NCBI GenBank assembly: GCA_905182635.1
Contig: CAJJCM010000026.1
Span: 3,568-67,567 of the forward strand
Length of the DNA: 64,000 bases
Source: an uncultured Candidatus Poseidoniales archaeon
GTDB lineage: Archaea > Thermoplasmatota > Poseidoniia > Poseidoniales > Poseidoniaceae
Direction: 5' to 3'
Shown here piece by piece: positions 41,901-49,082 of this stretch. Position numbers and translations under genes: made by a program. The notes beneath the pieces were generated by a model, which saw nothing but the letters and a program-made list of their open reading frames with translations, was not told where the DNA came from and did not search any database. How positions within the stretch are numbered: position 1 is the first letter of the stretch; each line of letters starts with the position of its first letter.

Positions 41901-42593
41901 CTTGTTGATGATTGAAGAACTCTCATTGTTCATGAAACTAAACCAACCGGTTTCGCTTACGGGTGTCAAAACTCCTCGTGCCATTGTAGCGACAAGAACA
42001 CCAAGAAGTGTGAAGAGTGTCACATAGGAAAAGAATTGGTATCCAACAGCCTGATATTTCAAATTCAATGTCCTGACCTCTTCAATCAACGGCAATCCAG
42101 TATTCGGATTTATCTCATCCGGACCTGCCATGTTGTAATACTCTGGGAGAAGCGCAAGAGCGTCTCCAGCAGCAACGATTCCAACGTTGATTCCAACCGC
42201 CATGAAGATGATGATGGTTGCAAGTTCGTGTCGCCCACGGCTGGTCATGAAATGAACGCCGAAGGTGACCAATGCGAACAGGAGGCCGGATAATGCTCCA
42301 TAACCCTGCATGTAGATGATTTCCGCACCAATAAGAGCAGAGGCCAGCATTAAGAGGGAAAGAGTGGCCTTTGAAAGTGAAACGGATTCAGATTGTTTGA
42401 GCATCGATGGGAGAAGTCCCAAGATACTTGCGACGACGATAAAAATCATCGGCGTCATGTTGTCTACATCGAGCTCGAAGGTGACTCCAGCGAGCTTGAT
42501 GGCTGCGATAGCGAGCAGGACTGCAAGGGGGGCAATAAGCCATCCAAGCGGTGCTGCTGGCGCAGTGCGGTTTGTGCCAGTTTTTTGTTCCAT
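32979..42593 (-). CDS. aglB: Giant (3204 aa) oligosaccharyltransferase AglB (STT3 family). It carries an extra N-terminal polytopic membrane domain and a roughly 2100-aa extracellular C-terminal extension ending in a transmembrane anchor.
   Basis: WWDYG catalytic motif encoded around 39702-39716. EL1-type motifs SDPWYMKR and VDADRFYPVGG, close to eukaryotic/archaeal STT3 DPYFNYR and DDRAWYPLGR. At least 13 transmembrane helices in the core. About 380 residues with roughly 10 additional transmembrane helices precede the STT3 core. Long Ig-like / carboxypeptidase-regulatory-like repeat region after the core. Final hydrophobic helix SIWLTVAIFILGVLVIFGG. Confidence 0.85.
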   Translation of the reverse strand: MEQKTGTNRTAPAAPLGWLIAPLAVLLAIAAIKLAGVTFELDVDNMTPMIFIVVASILGLLPSMLKQSESVSLSKATLSLLMLASALIGAEIIYMQGYGALSGLLFALVTFGVHFMTSRGRHELATIIIFMAVGINVGIVAAGDALALLPEYYNMAGPDEINPNTGLPLIEEVRTLNLKYQAVGYQFFSYVTLFTLLGVLVATMARGVLTPVSETGWFSFMNNESSSIINKKNLPLQIALAVWSFAHIASLWHFDSVSVADQLGINTVEGYHGYFGYWPAFFTGMVALIVAGMFSERWHTRAMTLGSMWTLYLVSSWYDSGMFSVDMLNGNWGSLIWLGITFFIGVAIYSISTHDSWGGWVNREEHEYSGARLFWNQHWAGVMIGLAFFFGLVIRTQWYVVPSMNAYGTGNWDMTGGSDPWYMKRVVDYILANNAHMIVDADRFYPVGGINPRPPIFTWSIAVVAMLLEPFFANGDAVWWAILSLPAIYGALTILPVAIIAREHVGVKAAVIAAWLLAFMPAHVSHTTWALADHDAFIMLFITLGFMFWLRAVKYAGTERLIRTSSATPMAFVASISAVINQRKAAFAAAVLAGVSFGIVSLGWKGFVVGPSILFLAYAGQVALNMFRRRDSTTLNVLFMTMLSVNFLMAIPFYGHPQINLILNGTGLQPFLFIFAFTLAISFVTTGFRDKPWLLILGVLASAGAVFFLALWLLKQANISNAWDVLFTGSGYFTKTKIFGTVAEANAPDRGQLFAQFGPITFVLSLIMGVLCLWSAVRERKQTKLVFGVWILAASFMAWTAARFMFNATPAIAVLGAWGIVSLWKWANWDGLVKTWKKLGIRSPEDRIRGARIAVWRTPSFSAIMLVMVMLMGQQFTYGLDAAIPGSNNAEDDLDEVIYNIIPDAFRWEVGGFSLLDDSGYDGNWYLGSFGSGFNDQGWNKAYQWLAAQDADETYSQRPAFVSWWDYGFQALDTGEHPSVSDNFQSGIPATGNMLLARSQEDLVSMFIWQLGQGDIGYNQARTDNTAFTSGYSNIVDSYLTDDQMDLFSTISTNYNHDEMITLAKLNSFEAFQTNDDVVLAVGHHQTDGVFDASTQYWRIYEGGERMLCTEAQSATCVDGDWSEQSEANRTFTNNIRTGADNVYETTHYIVGEYWYTADLIVEYDSVATNIHRANTRLSLTVQLLTLSLDDGQIIDMYDDLINLEGYYSVQDYNGAPGDLIERDHEIRYLAIDNRLYPRAGRYTQDMNYNQGQPMGIFGAPTILSGQDISTYMNEVYETMRGDFPDEMTRAEVDQAITEDFLNQQSGADIDPLQVEDVRVDHNSAFFDTMLARTYIGYGASTLGLDSGSSNPQPAQHFGQSGSPGSILTQAPPLPGAMQNHFVISNWYSPEANSSVTIGQQSTGMATVNTLVKILKYYSGAEISGQVTMSDNGQGLPGVRLLIERDAFSGEGVEDLDPDTYWVPIGFTDADENGDWSFEAPAGRIRVSAYAGDYNPITAQDNIRSSGFSQLGFTDILTETNDDRQTNDITAILGEVANMSWLGESQLNVTADQADRKDDASAVTPFDIAVESSGVSGQVTWTGHDSFDGDALVSTDFILRNIWSMTDNYTLTTTNGSFSSVDSRILQGTGEVTFTENGTFESEGVAFADDFTGTFTRLISDNRVYTSNGTWSGKGTLVASWVSNQSVDSCLDNETAPMPENETLCIQDSSASPMVYLLDGEVEANARLTSDGVSTLVTEHVGDSFEATGSFEGTGTLNGTGLFVGPGDFSGPMVQAGSFYITGLIPGVYNMIAQLDNGKEVLLPDPVNVEISPSYNLAMTMPGSIFEDTLDDFFNQPFPNETIELVDVDLGLDKVMEILTDENGNFSYGPLAAGEYYYRVDVDSDGWYELNETILVRDASENFSLLMSVPEMHDISLQLTSPVDPLTQEAYTDIAGRVVIFTNSDPLFGPLNSTSDENGLVYIELPMGSYTISDETGDDYILFDHIELETEDISTTSAYAIGTWVNGSIRVVDGGLLNSDFTYSLWNAQDADLKFDQSQPAAGLEIDFVANDLSFATTVATDGNYSIRLPSGNDFHMTLFSIASQMSGGQLVELSGDTELDLGLMYLEPTVNANGFVFLYDNSSLWDGLVPGYNVQTVVATNADGLEWRTTISDAGEFSFNLQAGEWDFAVDDDALNSTNITNYNIIDEEDAQPNPLELFVHPDYLTIELNLFMDAGDDGVFANGTAMSPSFTLMPLNDHGLQHNYTAADYSSAGNITVVLEPGLYSLLFNVTEAADENASDYMLAGVSTFDPIMVGLDVYEEALAFPLRNDYLVTGEFTNLSGGAVEKQFLLRNEAEDLWFNMASDVNGSFASYVPAGDWVAIFAPFLADNESTETLRYPFTVGNNSSVRTGLNLTSFDVIELKFQLQEFNTDSNMSGIRVTLVSHDGFGNITLSKSDGNGNISEQLMPGNWSLFLNETSPQHHWSLDTSSSPFSTASAVDGIIVLENITAVLEVEIGGKVFWDLDDDNIPDGTEGVANTTVSIIGMNNTEIDTNVTTDEFGVWTLFVPIQDEYQVSVSKEGFSTEVYNVSNLSAYPVYSQPESYDIEMTAGNVSVSGNVTDIIDASRLNGSSVVLYPSTGMAGESQTITPEFANDQLTWSAVIAPGKWIVVVTEANAGTNGGGVAVGLLDASISDGATLDLEMSLGGWIDLTTTWTDIGLDEHHAGSSGNGSAMLNETALVTFAIGSDIEWDMAVGTDGSISILMPAEEIEMDSSFTTLQHDLNLEMKYIAGAVTQVAEGRSPVVLSYTRTINSDTTITMVEDSMVNATTVEGSELAFLAIEENEGYKVIVFDLNITYNGTETVQVFDVLGQVGISPDEADWGIEFWNGTAFVDSHEISLGIGNNSNDTTVESSTMLRVRILTANQSEAWHLQDPHTLKVRLITDSTPSSEIALTVQVPQIYDFEANDKPTEIGIGAGGSSTFGFMLENTGNGDDSFTIELLDNIPDGWEVTPMNSVINITKDDSRSQLFTAYAPDDFVSGSKTVTVKVTSENGIKTESFDVIISKASIVLFIDQGDIVTLSDNDADTAGKLRIPVTNLGFLGSSDVIVSANIVDGKSLGQQTITLNPNGTTIAEFDLLADDAKGTVRFEIRVEVVGEDSSQVTQQIGIEDGEQTIDFSIDYYISGDSEDSIWLTVAIFILGVLVIFGGVRAARAKSSPSRF

Positions 42594-42770
42594 ATTTTAT
42601 CCCTCAAAGGTGTTTGTGCGACTGCAACAAGGCAGAAGCGACTTCGCCACTTGAAAGCCTCTTTTAATGATGACTATGCGAGAGCAACAGATTAAAGCCA
42701 CGCTGCGCCTCATTTCACCGGTGTAATCCGACCCGTGATTTTAGCCAGATTTGGACGGCTGAGTGCAGCG

Positions 42771-44045
42771 TTAAAGTGCTCTCGATGCAATATCTGTTCT
42801 GTAGTGAGAGCCTTCTAATTCGATGGTACGAATGAGCTCATATGCTAACTTCACAGACGCCTCAAGAGTAGGTCCAGAAGCACTGCAAGAGAGAACACGC
42901 CCCCCAGTCGAAACGAGATGGCCTTGCGCGTCGAAACTGGTGCCTGCATGATTTACCCAAGCCTTTGCCCCAGCTGATTGGATGGTGTTCTTGGAGAGGC
43001 CATGAATCAAACGACCTTTGACTGGAGTGTTTGGGTATCCCTCTGCGGCAAGGACAACGGTCGCAGCAAAGAGGTCATGGAACTCGATGTTGAGTTCTGC
43101 TAATCGGTCGGTCGAAGCGGCTTCAAGAACTTCGTAGACATCAGTTTTCAGCAGAGGGAGTGTGATTTGACATTCAGGGTCGCCGAATCGGACATTAAAT
43201 TCAACCACATTTGGTTCTCCCGATTCAGGAATCATCAACCCGACATAGAGGACGCCACGGTATGGAGTTCCAGATGAAGTGAGATACTTGTGCATCGGTT
43301 CAATGATCGATTCAATCGTTTTTTGACATACTGCATCTGTAACCAACGGTGCAGGGCAATAGGCGCCCATCCCACCAGTATTTGGCCCTTCATCGCCATC
43401 AAAAGCACGCTTGTGGTCTTGACTTGCAGGCAAGCAAACATAGCCGGAACCATCCATAATCACCAACATACTTGCTTCTTCGCCGGGTAAAAATTCTTCG
43501 AGCAGAACTTGCTCATCACTTTGAATTGAAGTGTTGATGAATGTTCGTGCTTCATTACGGTCTTCTGTTACAACGACGCCTTTGCCACCTGCTAAAACAT
43601 CACGTTTTACAACCCACGGATTTCCGGCGAAATCATCCAACGCCGCCTCGATATCACTTGTGTCTGAGAGAACATGAAAGGCCGCAGTAGGAACATTCGC
43701 TTTTTGCATAACTTGCTTTGCATGCAACTTTGAACCCTCGAGTTGAGCGAGGTGTGCTACAGGTCCAAAACATGGAATCCCAATGTCTTCTAAGCGGTCT
43801 GCGAGTGCTGCACACAAAGGTGCCTCCGGACCTACCACGACCAAATCAGCACCAAGTATTTCCGCTAAATTCAACAATCCCTCAACATCCGTTGCTGAAA
43901 TTGCATGATTCTTTGCCAAAAAAGAAGTTCCTGCATTCCCCGGGGCACAATGGAGTTCACCAACATGCTTGGATTGCTTCAATTCCATGCAAAGCGCATG
44001 TTCACGTCCACCTCCACCGACAACGAGGACCACCTTGTCTGCCAT
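42771..44045 (-). CDS. purD: Phosphoribosylamine--glycine ligase (GAR synthetase)
   Basis: N-terminus MADKVVLVVGGGGREHAL (the ORF track begins 9 codons upstream at 44072). ATP-grasp fold motifs. Collinear similarity to PurD throughout. Confidence 0.9.
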   Translation of the reverse strand: MADKVVLVVGGGGREHALCMELKQSKHVGELHCAPGNAGTSFLAKNHAISATDVEGLLNLAEILGADLVVVGPEAPLCAALADRLEDIGIPCFGPVAHLAQLEGSKLHAKQVMQKANVPTAAFHVLSDTSDIEAALDDFAGNPWVVKRDVLAGGKGVVVTEDRNEARTFINTSIQSDEQVLLEEFLPGEEASMLVIMDGSGYVCLPASQDHKRAFDGDEGPNTGGMGAYCPAPLVTDAVCQKTIESIIEPMHKYLTSSGTPYRGVLYVGLMIPESGEPNVVEFNVRFGDPECQITLPLLKTDVYEVLEAASTDRLAELNIEFHDLFAATVVLAAEGYPNTPVKGRLIHGLSKNTIQSAGAKAWVNHAGTSFDAQGHLVSTGGRVLSCSASGPTLEASVKLAYELIRTIELEGSHYRTDIASRAL

Positions 44046-44174
44046 GGTCTGCCTCGGTCGCCGCCATCCCATAATCCCATCGCGTCTACATGCAGACTGT
44101 TCGCTCTCTAAAGCCGTTTCAAAGGGGATGCTTCAAAGACCGTCCCTCAAGCCACCAAATAAGGGTGTGAACCT

Positions 44175-44840
44175 TTGGTGATTGAAATGAATTTTCTTGG
44201 ACTCTGTGCGTTGACGCTTTGGCTTTACTTACCTGGATTTTTGGCGAATACCTTCGCCATGATGTGGGGCAAATGGCTACCGAAAACAGGATATGGCCCT
44301 TGGCCAATTGATGGCGGCAGGACACTCAGCGATGGAAATCGAATTCTTGGCGACGGTAAAACTTGGAACGGACTCATTGGTGGTTCGTTGACATCTGGAC
44401 TCTTGTGCATGCTCATTGTAGCCTCATTCGGCGAAGTCCCTGCAACGGGTGCAGTCATCGGAGAAAATGGTGTTTTTGCCCATCCATTACAAGGGGCTGA
44501 GGATGCGTGGTTTTCAATTGGAGGAAACATGCTCACCGCATTCATATTAGGTTCATTCCTCGGCTTCTTTTGTCTCGTCGGTGACAGTACGGGGTCTTTC
44601 CTGAAACGTCGACGGGGCCTCAAGCGTGAAGGTGATATCTCTTCGAAAGCGCCTCTTCTCGACACTCTACCTTTTGCCATCATGGTCTTCTTAGCAGGGC
44701 AACTTATGCTTGGAACTTCAGTCCTAGCCGACTCGGAATTAAGACTCCCAATGTTGGCATTGATTGTATTCACACCTGTTTTACATCGGTCATTCAATCT
44801 CATTGGCTACAAGATTGGCTGGAAAGATGTACCCTATTGA
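44175..44840 (+). CDS. carS: CTP-transferase family membrane protein, probable CDP-archaeol synthase (CarS, DUF46)
   Basis: About 6 transmembrane helices. SFLKRRRGLKREG resembles the CdsA/CarS signature S-x-h-K-R-x4-K-[DR]-x-G. GDGKTWNG motif. Size is typical of CarS. Confidence 0.55.
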   Translation: MVIEMNFLGLCALTLWLYLPGFLANTFAMMWGKWLPKTGYGPWPIDGGRTLSDGNRILGDGKTWNGLIGGSLTSGLLCMLIVASFGEVPATGAVIGENGVFAHPLQGAEDAWFSIGGNMLTAFILGSFLGFFCLVGDSTGSFLKRRRGLKREGDISSKAPLLDTLPFAIMVFLAGQLMLGTSVLADSELRLPMLALIVFTPVLHRSFNLIGYKIGWKDVPY

Positions 44841-44884
44841 TTCCGGAGAGAAGCCTATAATGTGGCTTTGTTCTACCTCGGTAT

Positions 44885-46588
44885 ATGCGAACCGCCCTAT
44901 CCTTGACATTTCTCTTGATTGTCACCACATTAAGTACACTTGCTGGAGTTCATGCTGAAGTTCCAAGCGACGGTACAACTGTCATCATCAGTGCGGATGA
45001 AACATGGAATGGAACGAATACCATGAATGGAAACCTCATTGTGGAAAGCGGTGCAACATTGACGATTGAAGGTGATGTCACACTTGCAACGGGCAATTCA
45101 ATCACCGTCGAAGAAGGTGGAGCACTCATGCTGACCGGTGCGCTGCTTGGAGACCAATTGGATTCAGGACTTGCAATAATGAACGACACCCAATTACACA
45201 TGAATTTTGGAGATTTAGCAGAGTCAGGACAATTGAGAATCGATTTCAACCAAGTGATTCCTGAATCGGCCATGTTCAACGTGACCATTGGTGAACAAAC
45301 AAGTGATGCTGCAGGTTCAGACCACATTTTCATTGATGTATCACTTAATGGTAGTGATTTGCTCGCTGACTTTTACACATACTATGCATTTGAGATACAG
45401 GTCGTTTCTGTCCAAGCCCTACATTCGGGTAGCGGTGAAGCGGCAATCCTCTTGGCGAGTGAACTCAATCAGACCGGTGGAAGTTTAATTTGGAACAGTG
45501 CTTCATTTGCGCTCGACGTTCAAGGAACGTTGCACTTAGATGGAGCTACTTTGTATGGGGCTGAACTCACCTGTTCCGGCGTATGCGAGATGCATTCGAG
45601 CACCTTGATTGGTAGCGCCCCCATCAATGTCGATGACGGCACAAGTATCGTTGTCAACTCCAGTTCTATTCTCGGCAGTCGTACCGATGAAGACATTATT
45701 GTCCATGACCTTGCTGAGATCACCTACACCGATAATCAAGGAACCGGTGGCGTAACAGATGGATGGATTCGACTGTTGTCTCAACGACAAATTCAAACCA
45801 ATGCAGGAAACATAACGGTTCACCAAACTGGAATTGGGTATGGGGGTTCCACTCGTGACGATTTTACAAACTCAAATGGATTGATTGACATTGGAGGAAG
45901 TGAATGGCAACGAATCGTGGAATGGGTTGACCAGAACGGCGTCTATCATTCAGAAGACGCTGAACTTGTATTCACACTCAGCACTGGATGGGGTGACTTT
46001 TCTACGACTGTCGCTGCACCTCAAACACCAACTGCGATTATTGACGTACCCTTACCTTACATCGAAATCGTTTCAATCGATGCTGAAGACACAACCGCTG
46101 AAGTGGATAAGAAAATAGGTGCTATGATAACGGTCCGAAATACTGGCAATGCAACTGCTACTGTCAACATCTGGTGCTATGTTGATGAGAACCTTACTGA
46201 AACGACTGCCCTCACAACGACACTTACCCCTGGTGAAGAAAAGAAACTCCCTGTCTCTTGGTGGGCCAATACTGACGGGCCTCAAATTCTCAACTGCCGT
46301 ACGCTTATCCCTAATATTTTGAAAGCGATTGCAGAGGATGTCACCAACGTCGAGGGTGGAAACTCCCAAGAAGTCGGTTGGTATATTGGCGAAGAGACTG
46401 AAGACCAACCATTCATTGTCTATGGTATTCTCGTCGTCCTCATCGTCATTGGAAGTGCTTTGTTTGCACGAAAAGCAGGTGAGAAGATCTCAACGATAGA
46501 GTTCAATGAACCCTTGGAAGAGGAAGAACAAGAAGTGACTGAAGATAGAAAAGAAGTCGAAGAAACGAACGAAGATGACGAAGTTTGA
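44885..46588 (+). CDS. Secreted type-I membrane protein (567 aa) with a signal peptide, a C-terminal transmembrane anchor and an acidic cytoplasmic tail
   Basis: Signal peptide MRTALSLTFLLIVTTLSTLAGVHA. Transmembrane segment PFIVYGILVVLIVIGSALFA. Tail rich in Glu/Asp (EEEEQEVTEDRKEVEETNEDDEV). Confidence 0.6.
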   Translation: MRTALSLTFLLIVTTLSTLAGVHAEVPSDGTTVIISADETWNGTNTMNGNLIVESGATLTIEGDVTLATGNSITVEEGGALMLTGALLGDQLDSGLAIMNDTQLHMNFGDLAESGQLRIDFNQVIPESAMFNVTIGEQTSDAAGSDHIFIDVSLNGSDLLADFYTYYAFEIQVVSVQALHSGSGEAAILLASELNQTGGSLIWNSASFALDVQGTLHLDGATLYGAELTCSGVCEMHSSTLIGSAPINVDDGTSIVVNSSSILGSRTDEDIIVHDLAEITYTDNQGTGGVTDGWIRLLSQRQIQTNAGNITVHQTGIGYGGSTRDDFTNSNGLIDIGGSEWQRIVEWVDQNGVYHSEDAELVFTLSTGWGDFSTTVAAPQTPTAIIDVPLPYIEIVSIDAEDTTAEVDKKIGAMITVRNTGNATATVNIWCYVDENLTETTALTTTLTPGEEKKLPVSWWANTDGPQILNCRTLIPNILKAIAEDVTNVEGGNSQEVGWYIGEETEDQPFIVYGILVVLIVIGSALFARKAGEKISTIEFNEPLEEEEQEVTEDRKEVEETNEDDEV

Positions 46589-46600
46589 ATTCGTCTAAAC

Positions 46601-47836
46601 TTAAGGCGTGCAGGGTTTCATTTCGGAGTTCGACTCCCGGCTGTCAAAGTCGAGTTGCCAAGCATTTTCACTGATGAACACACCATTTCCCGGTGAGGCA
46701 TCATTCATTGTAGAGTGGAAGTCATTGGTGACGATGATTTGGAAATTATAACATCCATCATCTTCGAAAAATTCATCTCTCTCAATGAATTCATACAGTT
46801 TGTTTTCGTCCATAGCGTTTCCAGGCATCGAGAACCAACCGTTTGTACTACCAAAGTTAGCTAAATCCTCATCTGCCGATGCTGGTTCCCATGTAGCAGC
46901 AAGACCATCCACCTTTATTTCTGCTGATTCATACGTTTGTGTGCTACCTTGGAGAATCTTCAGTTGGATTGTATAGTCCGACGGAACCGGTAAACGCTTT
47001 TGAGAAGTGCTGGACATGTCATGTTCCCCACCAACACTTGCAGCAGCGGAACTGGAAAACATTCCAACCAATGCCAAAACGGTGACACCGGTAACGAGTT
47101 GATCCCCCTCCTCTGTGGTTTCAGTCCGAGTGATCAGTTTAGCTGCAGAGTTTTCCACTTCACGATTGAGAAGCGAAGGTGAAATTTCCACTGTTGATGT
47201 ATCCCCGGTATTGGCGACCACACGTATTGAATAGGTGTTTACCGTACTCAAGAGATGGTCTTGTGAATTACCCATGAAAATCGTTTCGAGAAGAACTGTG
47301 AATTTGCTTCGGTCGTTACTCATATCCTTTGATTCGGACCAAAGGGACTCATCGCCAAGGAGAATTTCAGAGGTTGCTGAAGAAAAGGAACCTCGGACAA
47401 CAAAAGAAAATTCATTCGTATCTTCATTTACACTTATCTCTGAAACACCAGGGCTGCTTCCGAGTTCGAGACCTGCAAGATACGGTAGACCTGTTAACAA
47501 TAAATAGCCAACAGCCAGAGTCAATGTTTTTTGTCGGTCAATTGAGTCCCAAACAAGATAAAAAGAACCTGCCATAATCAATACAACAACAAGACCAAAG
47601 GGAATTGGTCCAGTGATGTCTTCGAGGAAATAATTATTCAAAAACCACATTAGGACGAATCCAAGTGCACCTAATCCCAAGCCAATTGGATTTGCTGTTT
47701 GGAGAAAGGTTTCACCTTTTGGGGTTGAAGGTGCATCAACCACCTTAGCAACATTTACTGTCACTTTTTTAGTGACAACTTCAGCATCGACTGTCTCAGT
47801 TTTTGTAGCGTTGGCTTTGTCTAGTAATCCACCCAT
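46601..47836 (-). CDS. Membrane protein (411 aa) with N-terminal transmembrane helices and a C-terminal extracytoplasmic domain
   Basis: Hydrophobic helices IGLGLGALGFVLMWFL, FGLVVVLIMAGSFYLVW and LAVGYLLLTGLPYLAGL, followed by a hydrophilic Ser/Thr-rich domain. Confidence 0.5.
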   Translation of the reverse strand: MGGLLDKANATKTETVDAEVVTKKVTVNVAKVVDAPSTPKGETFLQTANPIGLGLGALGFVLMWFLNNYFLEDITGPIPFGLVVVLIMAGSFYLVWDSIDRQKTLTLAVGYLLLTGLPYLAGLELGSSPGVSEISVNEDTNEFSFVVRGSFSSATSEILLGDESLWSESKDMSNDRSKFTVLLETIFMGNSQDHLLSTVNTYSIRVVANTGDTSTVEISPSLLNREVENSAAKLITRTETTEEGDQLVTGVTVLALVGMFSSSAAASVGGEHDMSSTSQKRLPVPSDYTIQLKILQGSTQTYESAEIKVDGLAATWEPASADEDLANFGSTNGWFSMPGNAMDENKLYEFIERDEFFEDDGCYNFQIIVTNDFHSTMNDASPGNGVFISENAWQLDFDSRESNSEMKPCTP

Positions 47837-47936
47837 AGTAATCCCTGTTAAATGAGCGTTTAACGGAGGGGATTATCAAAGCAACCCCTGTGAGAGTCGA
47901 TTTCGACCCCTTTGTTGTAGGTTCGAGTAAAAGCCG

Positions 47937-48866
47937 TCACAGCCCGGGAGCCGAGTCATGCCAGACAAAGTCTTCTTCTTCGTCTCGGTTTTCTGTTAGT
48001 CGACGACCGGCTACTGCTGCAGCAAGGACGACCATTGAAAGAGCGGGAACGACTTCGAAGCCTGGCAGGTAAACACCACGGACATAGACTGTGATCATTT
48101 GTGATTCACGGATACATCCACCGTTATTACACTGGAATTCGGATTCTGCAAAGAAGTCAAGGACGTGGTAAGCATCGCTCCATCCCTGAGTTTTCGGTGT
48201 TCGTACCATGATTCGAACTTTCGTTGCGGTTGGTATTGCATCGATTTGAACCTTGACTGCTGGCAAGTTAATGGTGAAACCAGCTTCTTCAAGATTATCA
48301 CGACTGGTTTCAGTAATTCCGACCTTCATGAAGTCAATTTGGTTACCGAGGTTGTAAACTTTGAATTCGAAGTTCTTGTCTTTCTTTGGCATCAATTGAA
48401 CAAAAGGCTCGACTGCTTCAACTTGGACCAAAGAATATTGCATGATGTTGACAATCATGTTGTTCTGAGATGAAGCAGAGTTGACTGGAGGCAATGAGTT
48501 GATCTCTTGAACTGTAGCAGAGACCGAGAGTGTTCGACTTTGCATCACCATGTAAGGAGTCGCTCGAACCGAAATTTGGAAGTCGACTTCCGAGTTACCA
48601 CCAATATACATGTCACCAGGGGCTGCGGTTGCAAGACCATCACTGGTTACGAGAATACTAATTTTTTCTTGATAAGTGGTTGGGTTGTTTGCCGTGCAGG
48701 TTGTGAAACCGTTGTAGGTTGAACCAGGTTTGACTTCAATATTAATTGAAATCGGTGCACATGAAAGTGAGACCGCCGCAGTCGGGGCTTGTGCCGCAGC
48801 AGGAACGGCGACAATCATGACTGAGCAAAGGTAGAGGGCAAGCAAGAACATAGCACGCTTCATCAT
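47937..48866 (-). CDS. Secreted surface protein (309 aa) with a signal peptide and a PGF-CTERM-like archaeosortase sorting motif. The motif is followed by an unusual tail of about 20 aa.
   Basis: Signal peptide MMKRAMFLLALYLCSVMIVAVPAAAQA. C-terminal LPGFEVVPALSMVVLAAAVAGRRL matches the PGF-transmembrane-RR architecture, then TENRDEEEDFVWHDSAPGL. Confidence 0.55.
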   Translation of the reverse strand: MMKRAMFLLALYLCSVMIVAVPAAAQAPTAAVSLSCAPISINIEVKPGSTYNGFTTCTANNPTTYQEKISILVTSDGLATAAPGDMYIGGNSEVDFQISVRATPYMVMQSRTLSVSATVQEINSLPPVNSASSQNNMIVNIMQYSLVQVEAVEPFVQLMPKKDKNFEFKVYNLGNQIDFMKVGITETSRDNLEEAGFTINLPAVKVQIDAIPTATKVRIMVRTPKTQGWSDAYHVLDFFAESEFQCNNGGCIRESQMITVYVRGVYLPGFEVVPALSMVVLAAAVAGRRLTENRDEEEDFVWHDSAPGL

Positions 48867-48965
48867 AGAGGTTTCACCTATTAGTCAACCCCAGCAATGA
48901 GACCCTCATAACCGTTACGCCAAGATGGTTCCAAAAATAGCCTACGCTGACCTCAAATGATTAAG

Positions 48966-49039
48966 TGGGCCCGAAGGGACTTGAACCCTTGACCCCCCGG
49001 TTATGAGCCGGGTGCTCCAACCAACTAAGCTACGGGCCC
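48966..49039 (-). tRNA. tRNA-Met (anticodon CAT; elongator-type G1-C72 acceptor; could alternatively be a CAU tRNA-Ile2)
   Basis: Reverse complement GGGCCCGTAGCTTAGTTGGTTGGAGCACCCGGCTCATAACCGGGGGGTCAAGGGTTCAAGTCCCTTCGGGCCCA. 7-bp acceptor stem, anticodon loop CUCAUAA, T-arm GGGTTCAAGTCCC. No encoded CCA. Confidence 0.85.
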
Positions 49040-49082
49040 CTATGCCGAGGGAATAGGCGCAAGACAAGAACTTACCTCTACG

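Noticed and set aside
44175-44840. CarS-like gene considered as bacterial CdsA
   Set aside because: Only about 220 aa with the SxxKRxxxxK[DR]xG-like motif and an archaeal context. The CDP-archaeol synthase (DUF46) interpretation is preferred, but confidence is only moderate.
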